Part shown: positions 30,743 to 38,947 of the stretch, piece by piece
How positions within the stretch are numbered: position 1 is the stretch's first letter
How the letters are laid out: each line of letters starts with the position of its first letter
NCBI GenBank assembly: GCA_049513715.1
Contig: JBEKVV010000007.1
Span: 1 to 64,000 of the forward strand
DNA from: Candidatus Bathyarchaeia archaeon
GTDB lineage: Archaea; Thermoproteota; Bathyarchaeia; 40CM-2-53-6
Direction: 5' to 3'
Length of the DNA stretch: 64,000 bases
The notes under the pieces: model-generated
Database searches by the model: none
What the model was told of the DNA's origin: nothing
Seen by the model: only the letters and a program-made list of their open reading frames with translations
Translations under genes and position numbers: made by a program

Positions 30743-31180
30743 CTATCCCGTCGAAGCCGCAGCAGCCTTCAGCCCTTTCGGAAAATACGCTTGAACCTTG
30801 GGCTGCATCAAATAGTAAATTATCACCAAATCCAAGACCAGCGCAACCAGTTCACCTATCCCAGGCCTAACGAACAAGGAGAAGACTCCGAGCATTATGC
30901 CCAAAATGGCGCAAACCAAACCAGCAATCCATGCCCACCGCTTCCCAACCCACAAGCCTATGGCGAGAGCGAAATCAATCAGGGCGAAAACTAGCAGGGC
31001 GATTCCTCCGCCGATTATCCTAGTGGGAAACCATCTGACACGCGGAATCATGTCTGAAAGAATGAACCCCTCAATAACAATCGAGAGGCCACCCAGCAAA
31101 ACCATGACACCCAAGATAGCCTCGAGAACGGCAAGTATAGTGACCCCGATCGGGCGCTCCTTTGTCATCAACATGGCCAC
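30743..31180 (-). CDS. Hypothetical 4-TM membrane protein
   Basis: RPIGVTILAVL...GLW.GKRWAW...YYLMQPKVQAYF. Confidence 0.75.
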   Translation of the reverse strand: MAMLMTKERPIGVTILAVLEAILGVMVLLGGLSIVIEGFILSDMIPRVRWFPTRIIGGGIALLVFALIDFALAIGLWVGKRWAWIAGLVCAILGIMLGVFSLFVRPGIGELVALVLDLVIIYYLMQPKVQAYFPKGLKAAAASTG

Positions 31181-31193
31181 TTCTCTTGTTGTT

Positions 31194-31316
31194 TTAGCTC
31201 TTGCCTTTCTCGGCTAGTTCCTGCTTGATTTTCTCAGCCAGTTTCTTCTTTTCATCCTCATCCTTCGAAGAAATCCACTGTAGTTTGAGGTAGAAGACGT
31301 CTTTCCTTGAAGCCAT
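31194..31316 (-). CDS. Small charged hypothetical protein (40 aa)
   Basis: MASRKDVFYLKLQWISSKDEDEKKKLAEKIKQELAEKGKS*; below the ORF-track cutoff and co-oriented with the downstream gene. Confidence 0.45.
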   Translation of the reverse strand: MASRKDVFYLKLQWISSKDEDEKKKLAEKIKQELAEKGKS

Positions 31317-31502
31317 GGCAGGCGCCTGAATCTGTGTATTCGTTGCGCAGTCGCATCACACTGGAACCGAGAAATATAACCTTAGGCCGCCACAAATTGC
31401 AGCACCTATCGTAAGCGCGCAAAATCCTCCCACGTGACCGAGCGGAGTTTACTTGCCTTTTACTGTCGCTATGAACTCACTGAGCGGAATCGTTGGTAGT
31501 GT

Positions 31503-31554
31503 CGTACTCAAGACCAGGCTATCCGAACCGGATGGTTCTCTAGACTACGGCCGC
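31503..31554 (-). tRNA. tRNA 5'-end fragment (Gly-like) with a 21-nt BHB-type intron at 31519-31539
   Basis: GCGGCCGTAGTCTAG|AGAACCATCCGGTTCGGATAG|CCTGGTC-TTGAGTACG; TATA-like TTTTATA about 30 nt upstream; no anticodon or T arm follows. Confidence 0.6.
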
Positions 31555-31560
31555 AACCAA

Positions 31561-31582
31561 GCAATCTGATGCATCAGATCGC
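31561..31582. promoter_or_regulatory. Palindrome between the TATA-like box and the tRNA fragment
   Basis: Perfect 16-bp palindrome ATCTGATGCATCAGAT at 31564-31579. Confidence 0.45.
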
Positions 31583-31758
31583 ACTATAAAACTCTAGCCG
31601 GAATCCCAACAGTAGTATACTTCTACCTTCCCGCAACCTTTGATTGGAGACGCATCAACGTTAGAACTCCGAGAACACTCCCGACGTTTATTTCATTCTG
31701 AACAAATAGCCGTTCTTCTTCCGGTTCTTCGGTTTCGGTCGAAGTCAGGCAGGTTAAG

Positions 31759-32499
31759 TCAGTTCGCCACCGTCCCCAAATCGGCTTGTAGCTGATCGAA
31801 GTTGAACCCTGGCGCAAAGTCGGATTTCTTCGCTTCCGGAGGAAGAATTGCATACGCCTCGTCGACACATTCATCCCACCACGCCCAAGTCGCCTTTTGG
31901 GTATTCCCCCAAGTGAGGACGGTCACGCCAGTCGAATCGTATGCGACGACAAATACCGCGTGGCCATCCTGGGTCAGCGGACCCGGAGCCCAAGGCTGGC
32001 GAGCGTCAAACTCCTGAATGCAATTCTGTTGCACCTGAAACCCCAGGTAGACCCCGCCAAAAAGCTGAATTGCCTGTTGAATGTGCGTGTGATTCTTCCT
32101 GTCGATGCTGGCGTAAGCCAGGATCTTGTCTCCGGAAGCAGCGTGACTGCGCCAGTAGCTCAGCACATCGAGCTCGTTCAGGCCGGAGTCTATTCCGCCC
32201 GTCAGATGCATGTACAACTTGACCACATCCTGCTTAGACATGATCTTCTGCCGGCCGACCAAGCCACGATAGGTCGTGACCGCGTGGGCCAGAGCAGCGA
32301 TAGTGCAGTCTCCCAGGGTATCGTTACCGTCCAAAGGGAACAACTTTGTCGGGTCCGACGTATTCAGTTTCTGGTAGACCCTGGGTAGAACGTCGTAGGA
32401 AACAGGTGGCGCTGCAAGTGCAGGTGTCAGATAGTTCTCCAAGCGCAGCGTGCGATAGTCTTGCTTCGGTGGGTGCTTTCCAAATCTATATCCAGTCAT
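31759..32499 (-). CDS. Papain-like cysteine-protease-fold hypothetical protein
   Basis: GNDTLGDCTIAALAH (Cys), GHAVFVVAYD (His), TWG. Confidence 0.7.
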   Translation of the reverse strand: MTGYRFGKHPPKQDYRTLRLENYLTPALAAPPVSYDVLPRVYQKLNTSDPTKLFPLDGNDTLGDCTIAALAHAVTTYRGLVGRQKIMSKQDVVKLYMHLTGGIDSGLNELDVLSYWRSHAASGDKILAYASIDRKNHTHIQQAIQLFGGVYLGFQVQQNCIQEFDARQPWAPGPLTQDGHAVFVVAYDSTGVTVLTWGNTQKATWAWWDECVDEAYAILPPEAKKSDFAPGFNFDQLQADLGTVAN

Positions 32500-32981
32500 G
32501 AATGTGACCTCCTTTTGGTTGAAGTTATTTTCTTTCTGCTTCTTTCGGCACCTAACTGCAATTAGCGCGCACATCCTCCGTCCACTAATAGCTGAAACTA
32601 TCTATTTGGAGCTATCTATCTGTAGATACTTCTCTGCTCCACAATTCGTCCTTCCAAACCCAACGCCACCAGCCGGTCATGCCGTCAAAGTAAGTGCATT
32701 GATCAGCGTCCCGATCTCATACACTTGGAGGTCGATGGTGACTGAATCAGCTGGGATTGATTCCACCCATGCAGAATGGGTACTCAAGGAAAAGGAGATG
32801 GTTGGTGATATGCCTCTGATGACAGTGGTCATGGTGCGTAAAGGTTCCGGTGGTATACATGCAGATATCTTTGGTAATGTGAAACTTCAGCAGGGAGCGT
32901 TTGGTACCAGAGAAGTATTCGTATACGACCTGCCACCATTAGCCGCTGACATTTCGTTGCCACGGTGATGACATATGAATA

Positions 32982-33010
32982 TGTGTGTGGATCTTATGGT
33001 GCGCACACAC
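32982..33010 (-). repeat. Family A site, full copy
   Basis: Reverse complement GTGTGTG-CGCACCA-TAAGATC-CACACACA. Confidence 0.8.
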
Positions 33011-33012
33011 GA

Positions 33013-33285
33013 TTACCTACGAACGGAACCCCAAACCACTATTGTGACGCCAACAAGAGTAAGAGGAATTGGACAGAAGAATCCGAGAACGTAAACGTAG
33101 AGTCCAATGATTTGCAGTGTCTGACTAGCCTCAGCACTTGGTGGTAGGCAAGAAGCGGAGAGCACTATGCATGGACGTAACACGTAGAATGTGGCAACAT
33201 ACCAGATCACGCCTACAGCAGTCAGAACCAATCCAAACAGGATTCGTTCCCGAGGTTTCATGTCGATACTACCGCCTGTCGCCAT
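33013..33285 (-). CDS. Small 2-TM membrane protein bracketed by family A sites
   Basis: 90-aa hydrophobic ORF filling the interval between the sites at 32982 and 33329. Confidence 0.55.
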   Translation of the reverse strand: MATGGSIDMKPRERILFGLVLTAVGVIWYVATFYVLRPCIVLSASCLPPSAEASQTLQIIGLYVYVLGFFCPIPLTLVGVTIVVWGSVRR

Positions 33286-33328
33286 TGAAGCTGGTAGTTA
33301 GCCATAGTGCAGTTGCCTCCAGCGATTC

Positions 33329-33355
33329 GTGTATGTGGGTCCAGTGGTGCAGGCA
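33329..33355 (-). repeat. Family A hybrid site (core plus right arm)
   Basis: Reverse complement TGCC-TGCACCA-CTGGACC-CACATACAC. Confidence 0.7.
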
Positions 33356-33437
33356 ACACGAGTTTCGCTTACCCATTGCGCATCCGATACTATAGCGACA
33401 AGAAAGGAAACAATCGCACTCATAGATTGCGTTTAAA

Positions 33438-33468
33438 CGTACTCAAGACCAGGCTAGACTACGGTCGT
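33438..33468 (-). tRNA. Intron-less tRNA 5'-end fragment (degenerate)
   Basis: ACGACCGTAGTCTAGCCTGGTCTTGAGTACG; 29/31 identical to the spliced form of 31503..31554. Confidence 0.55.
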
Positions 33469-33607
33469 ATGGCTCGTCCTTTGGTTCCAGTGAAGTCGAA
33501 TTCAAATAAAAATTGAACCAGGAAAGACAAAGTAGAAATTACGCAGGTGTTCTTCACATTAGATTATACAGCGGCAGGGAATTTGGAGCTTTCCATAGGG
33601 GAACGGC

Positions 33608-34054
33608 TTACTCGAGGAACTTGCGCATCGCAACCGCAGACTCCGAGCACAACTCAACGAACTCAATCGAAGCCTTCACCGGCTCATCCACGTTTTCTCG
33701 ATCAATCGGTTGGAATCCGAGGCCCTCGAAGTAGGCTGTGGCAGTTGCAGTCAACAGGTAAGCCTTCTTTACCCCCTTGGCCCGTGCTTTTTCCAAGACC
33801 GTCCCGGTCAAGACTCTAGCGTATCCTTGGCCGCGAAATCGCTTGTCCACGGCAACAGACCTCAGCAAGCAGTTTTCGCCGTAGTGCTCGAATCCGGCAA
33901 CACCAATGATGCCTCCGCCCTGATCCAATGCAACAAGAAAATTCTCCAAATTCTCCCTGACTCCTTTCACCGGTAATTCACTCTCACTTAGAAGGCCAAT
34001 GATTCGCGGCAAATCGGCAGCCGTTGCTGCTCGCAACGTCATCGGCGCGGACAT
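33608..34054 (-). CDS. GNAT N-acetyltransferase (ArsN2-like)
   Basis: LLRSVAV...RGQG, AYLLT.TA..YF..LGF, EF..LC..SA..M. Confidence 0.85.
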   Translation of the reverse strand: MSAPMTLRAATAADLPRIIGLLSESELPVKGVRENLENFLVALDQGGGIIGVAGFEHYGENCLLRSVAVDKRFRGQGYARVLTGTVLEKARAKGVKKAYLLTATATAYFEGLGFQPIDRENVDEPVKASIEFVELCSESAVAMRKFLE

Positions 34055-34072
34055 TAGGATCGACTGAACGTT

Positions 34073-34393
34073 TCAGGTTGTAAGGTGGCCTTTGCCTGAG
34101 GCAAGCGATGATGAACCCAGACTCTCGTCAACGTCTTCTGGTTCCATGACAACTCGAGAGTTAGTACTCGACACGCCCGCTAACCTGGCAATTTCTCCGA
34201 GCGCCTTGTGGAATACTTTTCTATCCTTGTGTTCCAGTACGACTAAGACATCATAATCGCCAAGTATAACATCGAAGTCCTTCACAGCGCCATCTCGTTC
34301 CATGGCTTTCATATTTCGAATATCCCTGATCACGCTTCCTTGATAGCCGGCAACTGTTCTAATCTCGACGTATGCTTTCGGCACAGATTTCAC
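34073..34393 (-). CDS. Lrp/AsnC ligand-binding-domain protein
   Basis: KAYVEI...VILGDYDVLV...I.RLAGVSSTNS. Confidence 0.75.
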   Translation of the reverse strand: MKSVPKAYVEIRTVAGYQGSVIRDIRNMKAMERDGAVKDFDVILGDYDVLVVLEHKDRKVFHKALGEIARLAGVSSTNSRVVMEPEDVDESLGSSSLASGKGHLTT

Positions 34394-34588
34394 ATCCTAT
34401 GCTCATTGCAGCCCTGCAACTTGCACCCACCTATATTCGTAGTTTTCTGTTTCAAGCGAGACGTGGCGCTTTCCGCGCAGATAACCCTCGAAAACCTTCT
34501 CAACCGCTTTGCCATACGTCAGGTAACCAGTTATTGCGGCTTCAGGAACGTGCCCTAAAATGTTCAACTCGCTCTGGGGAATGAGGCC

Positions 34589-35125
34589 GTGAGAGGCCGT
34601 CTTCCGCGTCCCGTCCGAATAGTCTACAAGCGGTTGCCAAACGACATTCGCGAAATCCCAGGCGTGCTCCGCGCGGCGACGTCGCAGAGATTAGTTATCG
34701 AAAGTCCCATCGTGGTTTCCCGTCCAATGCGTGAATCCGGCAAAATTGTCGCAGATAACGGCTACCTGGCGATTTGGTTCGTTTACAGAAATAGGGGGTA
34801 TGATGTCGGCAAATTCTTCGACCGAGCGAGGAATTGCGTGGGCTACTACTGCGACATGGTAAAGCCAACCAAACAGTTGCTAAGGGGATCGTCAAGAACG
34901 GCGATTGTAACGGACCTCTTCCTCGACCTGTGGATATGGCCGGACGGGCGGTATACTGTTCTTGATGAGGACGAGTTCAAACATGGGCTGCGGAGAGGTG
35001 AAATCCCGAGGGCTCTTGCCTTCGAAGCCCAACGGCAGCTCGCCCGGTTGGTGAAGAGGACAAAAGCGAAACGATTCCCACCCGCATATGTTCGAAGAAT
35101 TGAACCGCTCGAAAGACCGCGGTAA
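34589..35125 (+). CDS. DUF402 family protein
   Basis: GYYCDM...DLFLDLWIWPDG...LDEDEF. Confidence 0.85.
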   Translation: MRGRLPRPVRIVYKRLPNDIREIPGVLRAATSQRLVIESPIVVSRPMRESGKIVADNGYLAIWFVYRNRGYDVGKFFDRARNCVGYYCDMVKPTKQLLRGSSRTAIVTDLFLDLWIWPDGRYTVLDEDEFKHGLRRGEIPRALAFEAQRQLARLVKRTKAKRFPPAYVRRIEPLERPR

Positions 35126-35159
35126 GAATGGTTAGATACGGAAAGACTCGGAAATTCGG

Positions 35160-35894
35160 TCAGGGTCTCTTCATTATGAAGGTCATGTAACCCACGAACT
35201 CCTCGCCAAATCTTCGAACGAGCTCATCCTCTTTGGCTGCCTCTGCAACACCTCTTTGCACGCCCTCATCGGAGACATTCTCCTTGGCAAGGGTTCGAAT
35301 CGTTTCATTTGTTAGGTTGTAGTATTCCAGCCAAGCTTTTCGGCTGCACTCTTCTTCTCTGAGAACCTTGAAGCCGCGTTCAGTGTACCAACGCCGCAGG
35401 TCCTCAAGGGTCAGCGGTTGCCCCTCTTCTTCGAAGAAAATGTCCATAACGGCTTTCGGGGCTGGAACTTTCTTGCAGTAGATATCGGAGATGGCCAAGT
35501 AACCTTCAAGTTTGACTGCGTCTGTTAGAACTCTCCAGCCTGCGTCTCTGAAAATATAGAGTGCACCCAAACACACGCCCAGATCGTATACATGACGGTC
35601 GACTCCTAAGCTGTTGACGTCATGGCAGCGAAAATTGAGTACTGAGTCTAATCCATGCTTCGTTGCCGTCTCAGTCGAATACTCCACGAATTCTGGGTTA
35701 GCGTCGAAGCCGTCGACCCTGCATGCAAAGTTCTCAGCTAGGAATCGAGCGAATGCTCCCTTTCCGGACGCTAATTCAATTACACGTGAGGACTCGGTCA
35801 GATTGCTTGTCTCTGCAATGACCTGCCAAGTCTCTCGATCTATCGGATTAAGAACAACTGTGTTTGCGTAGATCTGAGAGTATTTGATTATCAA
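35160..35894 (-). CDS. Class I SAM-dependent methyltransferase
   Basis: VIELASGKG motif I; TTG start with AGGAGG Shine-Dalgarno. Confidence 0.85.
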   Translation of the reverse strand: MIIKYSQIYANTVVLNPIDRETWQVIAETSNLTESSRVIELASGKGAFARFLAENFACRVDGFDANPEFVEYSTETATKHGLDSVLNFRCHDVNSLGVDRHVYDLGVCLGALYIFRDAGWRVLTDAVKLEGYLAISDIYCKKVPAPKAVMDIFFEEEGQPLTLEDLRRWYTERGFKVLREEECSRKAWLEYYNLTNETIRTLAKENVSDEGVQRGVAEAAKEDELVRRFGEEFVGYMTFIMKRP

Positions 35895-35908
35895 GATAAC
35901 TGTCCTCC

Positions 35909-36838
35909 TTAGCAGTTGAAGGTTCGCGTCGCCTTTGACGCTAAGGCCGCTAAGCGTTTTCCATCTGGGCTCCATGCAACTGCGTTGAAGAAGCAATCTG
36001 GGTTGGCGTAAATCTCCTTCGGGGAGTGGGTGTCCAACAAGTAGACTGAGCCGCGGCCGACCCCTGCTTCTGTTGTTGCCGTTACTATGGCCGCAACCGT
36101 TCCCGCGGGGTTCCAGGCGACCGCGACGGGGTAAACTCGTTTGTTTTCGAATTCAATCGGCGAAAGCGACCTTCCATCGAAGCTTGCGATGAATCCGTTA
36201 TGCCAGACCACATCATAACCAACCACTAAAGCTGATTCTCCGTTTGGTTTCCAATCGACCCCGATCAAATCAGCTCGCCCCTCATTGACGGCCTTCAGGA
36301 GCTCTGCTTTCAGGTCGTACTGGAACAATGTTGGTGATGGAATGAATTCTTCAGCGTAACAGTTCGAGGTCACCAATGCCTGTTCCGATGTGGGATGCCA
36401 AGCCACATGGCGTAGGTTGGCTCTGCCATCGTCAACAGTCTGCACAGACCCTCCGTCGTATTTCATTAGGTTGCCCTTGTTTCCTGCCACGAGGGCAACG
36501 GTTCCTTTCGCATTCCACTCCGCACTGCGGAGGTTTTCTGTTGTAGGGGAATTCAGCTTCTTTGAATGGCCTTTCTCATTGAGGAGAAGCATCGTCCCAG
36601 CGTTTCCGACAATGAGGGCCTCTCCTGTTGCATGGTTCGTTGCCACCGCCCGCAGGTTTTGTTGGGTTCCGGCGTCGATGCGGGTTTGCTTGCCCTCCGT
36701 AATTTTCAGAACTCGACCACGGTCACCCACGACAAGGAGATACGAGCCTGAAGGATCCCAAGCCAAAGAGCGAAGGTTGCCACCAAGCTTGATACTCCTA
36801 ATCTTCTGATCTTCGTAGTACAGTAGGAGTGATGGCAA
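35909..36838 (-). CDS. WD40-like beta-propeller protein
   Basis: Repeats of NLR.VAW.P.G..AL.VG..G. Confidence 0.8.
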   Translation of the reverse strand: MPSLLLYYEDQKIRSIKLGGNLRSLAWDPSGSYLLVVGDRGRVLKITEGKQTRIDAGTQQNLRAVATNHATGEALIVGNAGTMLLLNEKGHSKKLNSPTTENLRSAEWNAKGTVALVAGNKGNLMKYDGGSVQTVDDGRANLRHVAWHPTSEQALVTSNCYAEEFIPSPTLFQYDLKAELLKAVNEGRADLIGVDWKPNGESALVVGYDVVWHNGFIASFDGRSLSPIEFENKRVYPVAVAWNPAGTVAAIVTATTEAGVGRGSVYLLDTHSPKEIYANPDCFFNAVAWSPDGKRLAALASKATRTFNC

Positions 36839-36935
36839 TCATTCACGTTCCATAGAGCGCCCCACACGAGGATCCCTACGAGTGAACTTGACTACTGCCT
36901 CAAAAACTAGATTTGAGAGTTCTGTTAAGTAGGGC

Positions 36936-37292
36936 GTGAAGAGGTTACCCTTGCCCAAGGCGAAGCGCCACAGCCAACGCACCATCGAACTGTACTCGGA
37001 ACGGCCTATCAGGCGGCCGCGAGACATGCTGGATTTCATAAAAGCCCTGGACGAGGATGAGGGCATTAGGATAATTGGTGACGTGAAGAACCATGAGAAT
37101 GGCGGTTTCATTTTCGTGGGGTACTACCGAGGCAGTTACTGCGTCAACATCTGCGATAGAGTCTGGAATCCTAAACTACGGAAATACGTGGCTGGCGAGA
37201 AAGACGAATGGTACTACTTCGACACGTCGAGGGAAGCCTTCAACTTCGTTCAGAAAGAAGCAAAGAAGCCCCTACGAGCTTGGCTGTACTGA
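36936..37292 (+). CDS. Hypothetical protein
   Basis: 118-aa ORF occupying an intergenic slot. Confidence 0.55.
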   Translation: MKRLPLPKAKRHSQRTIELYSERPIRRPRDMLDFIKALDEDEGIRIIGDVKNHENGGFIFVGYYRGSYCVNICDRVWNPKLRKYVAGEKDEWYYFDTSREAFNFVQKEAKKPLRAWLY

Positions 37293-37327
37293 AAGGGCCC
37301 CTTTGACTACTTTCTTTAAGCGTAGAT

Positions 37328-37705
37328 CTACTGAGCGCGTTGGAAGAGTCCTACTACGTTCCCTTCGGAGTCCTTGAAGTACGCTGCAAAACCCATGTCA
37401 CCGATAGCCATTTTTGCTCTAACCATTTTGCCGCCGTTCTTCTCGATCATTGCGGCCGCTTGATCAATGTTTTGAACCATTATTGTGACGACGGGTACTT
37501 TGACTGGGTCCTGTCGTTCCAGCATTCCGCCATTAATGGACCCGGGTTCCTTTGGCATGCCGTTCTCGTCGGACGGCGCGGTTCCAACCATGACATACTC
37601 CATCTCGGGCATATCCATCATGTTCCAGCCGAACACAGTGCTGTAGAATTTCTTCGCTCGCGCCAAATTGTCAGCGGGTATTTCGAAGTGTACAACTTTG
37701 TCCAT
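37328..37705 (-). CDS. VOC/glyoxalase family protein
   Basis: VVHFEIPA...A.KFY..VFGW...INGG...FKDSEGN. Confidence 0.9.
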   Translation of the reverse strand: MDKVVHFEIPADNLARAKKFYSTVFGWNMMDMPEMEYVMVGTAPSDENGMPKEPGSINGGMLERQDPVKVPVVTIMVQNIDQAAAMIEKNGGKMVRAKMAIGDMGFAAYFKDSEGNVVGLFQRAQ

Positions 37706-37865
37706 ACGAAACTACCTTGTTCCGCCACCGTTACCAACTCTCGAATATAACTTGTGAGGATTACGTTTGAGCCACACAGGCTTTCGGGCGAATAGGGAAG
37801 GCCATCCAAATCAGGAAGGCACGATTGTACACAAAAAACTCACACTGAAATCTGAAGACAGAGGC

Positions 37866-38294
37866 CTATGTGTTTCGCTTCTTCTTGACTATCCTTGAGC
37901 CTAGTTCTATCCAGTTTCCGTTCGGATCCTTAACGTAGGCGAGCAGCCATTTTCCTTCCTTGAAAGGTGCGATGGTTCCTCTGCGATTCTTGGAGAGTCT
38001 ACCATAAGCCACGGCCGCATCCTTAACCTCAAACGCAAGATGATCCAAACCGGACTTTCCGCCATGCTTGTATTTTCTTGGGTACCAGTTCAGTTCAAGA
38101 ATCTGCTTAGACCCCTTCGACGTCAACCACGCCACCCGCCCTCCAGTCTCCACGATCTTCGTCTTGAACAGCAGCCTCATACCCAACTCCTTACGGTAGA
38201 ACTTGATTGACTTCTCAAGGTCCGTGACGTGGATTCCAGTGTAGATGAATTTAGTTCGCAAGAGTTCCACCTGTCCATCGTATTTTCGCAACAT
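37866..38294 (-). CDS. VOC family protein (lactoylglutathione lyase-like)
   Basis: V.DLEKSI.FY...LGM...LEL...LDHLAF...DPNGNWIEL; start uncertain. Confidence 0.85.
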   Translation of the reverse strand: MLRKYDGQVELLRTKFIYTGIHVTDLEKSIKFYRKELGMRLLFKTKIVETGGRVAWLTSKGSKQILELNWYPRKYKHGGKSGLDHLAFEVKDAAVAYGRLSKNRRGTIAPFKEGKWLLAYVKDPNGNWIELGSRIVKKKRNT

Positions 38295-38384
38295 GTTGCA
38301 TTGGGGTACGAATTGTTTGCGGTTCCCTGGGGTCGTGTCTGCGCAATCCTTAGTGCGGCATGGTTCATGAGAACTGCAAGGAGT

Positions 38385-38549
38385 CTAGAGCAATTCGGGT
38401 TTGAGGGCGGCCCTCCTCGTTAGCTGTGGCGAAGTTTTCCCATGAACTTTGCAGTACTCCTCGCATTCGTTCGCCGTCCCTTCATCCTCGTACCCGTGAG
38501 CGCATTCTTCACACAAGAAAACCCTCTTCCCCAGATAACTGATCTGCAT
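38385..38549 (-). CDS. Small zinc-finger protein
   Basis: FLCEECAHGY....A..CE.YC..H. Confidence 0.65.
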   Translation of the reverse strand: MQISYLGKRVFLCEECAHGYEDEGTANECEEYCKVHGKTSPQLTRRAALKPELL

Positions 38550-38947
38550 AACCAACCCCATTCTCCTCCAAGCCACTGAAGTCAGGGCGCCAGCGTCAGT
38601 TCAACGAACAATTTGGACTTTCTCGTTCAAGAAAAAACTCAATCTGCTTCTCCCTTCCCACCAAAACCAGGGCCGAAGAGTGACGCCTGTGAAAGGCTGC
38701 TGACCATTGGTCTGACCACGTATTTGAGGGCGGAGAACGCCTTGCTCCAAGCCATTCAACGTTTCCGCAGGCAGCCTGAAGGCCAGGCAGCACCACAAAC
38801 TCGAATGTAGAACCCTAGTAATACATTCGCATTGGCTTGCTTTCGCATTCAATCCCGTCTACTGTTCAAGATTCTTGGCATGAATTTCTCCACCGCGAGT
38901 CTCCATTGTCGGAGACACTTCAGACTCCTCACCGAATCCAAAGCCAA

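Noticed and set aside
31430..31554. Complete multi-intron tRNA gene
   Set aside because: I could not build an anticodon arm, T arm or matching acceptor 3' strand downstream of the D-loop.
32498..32968. 156-aa plus-strand ORF
   Set aside because: No recognisable motif or clear start; may be a gene remnant, but unsupported.
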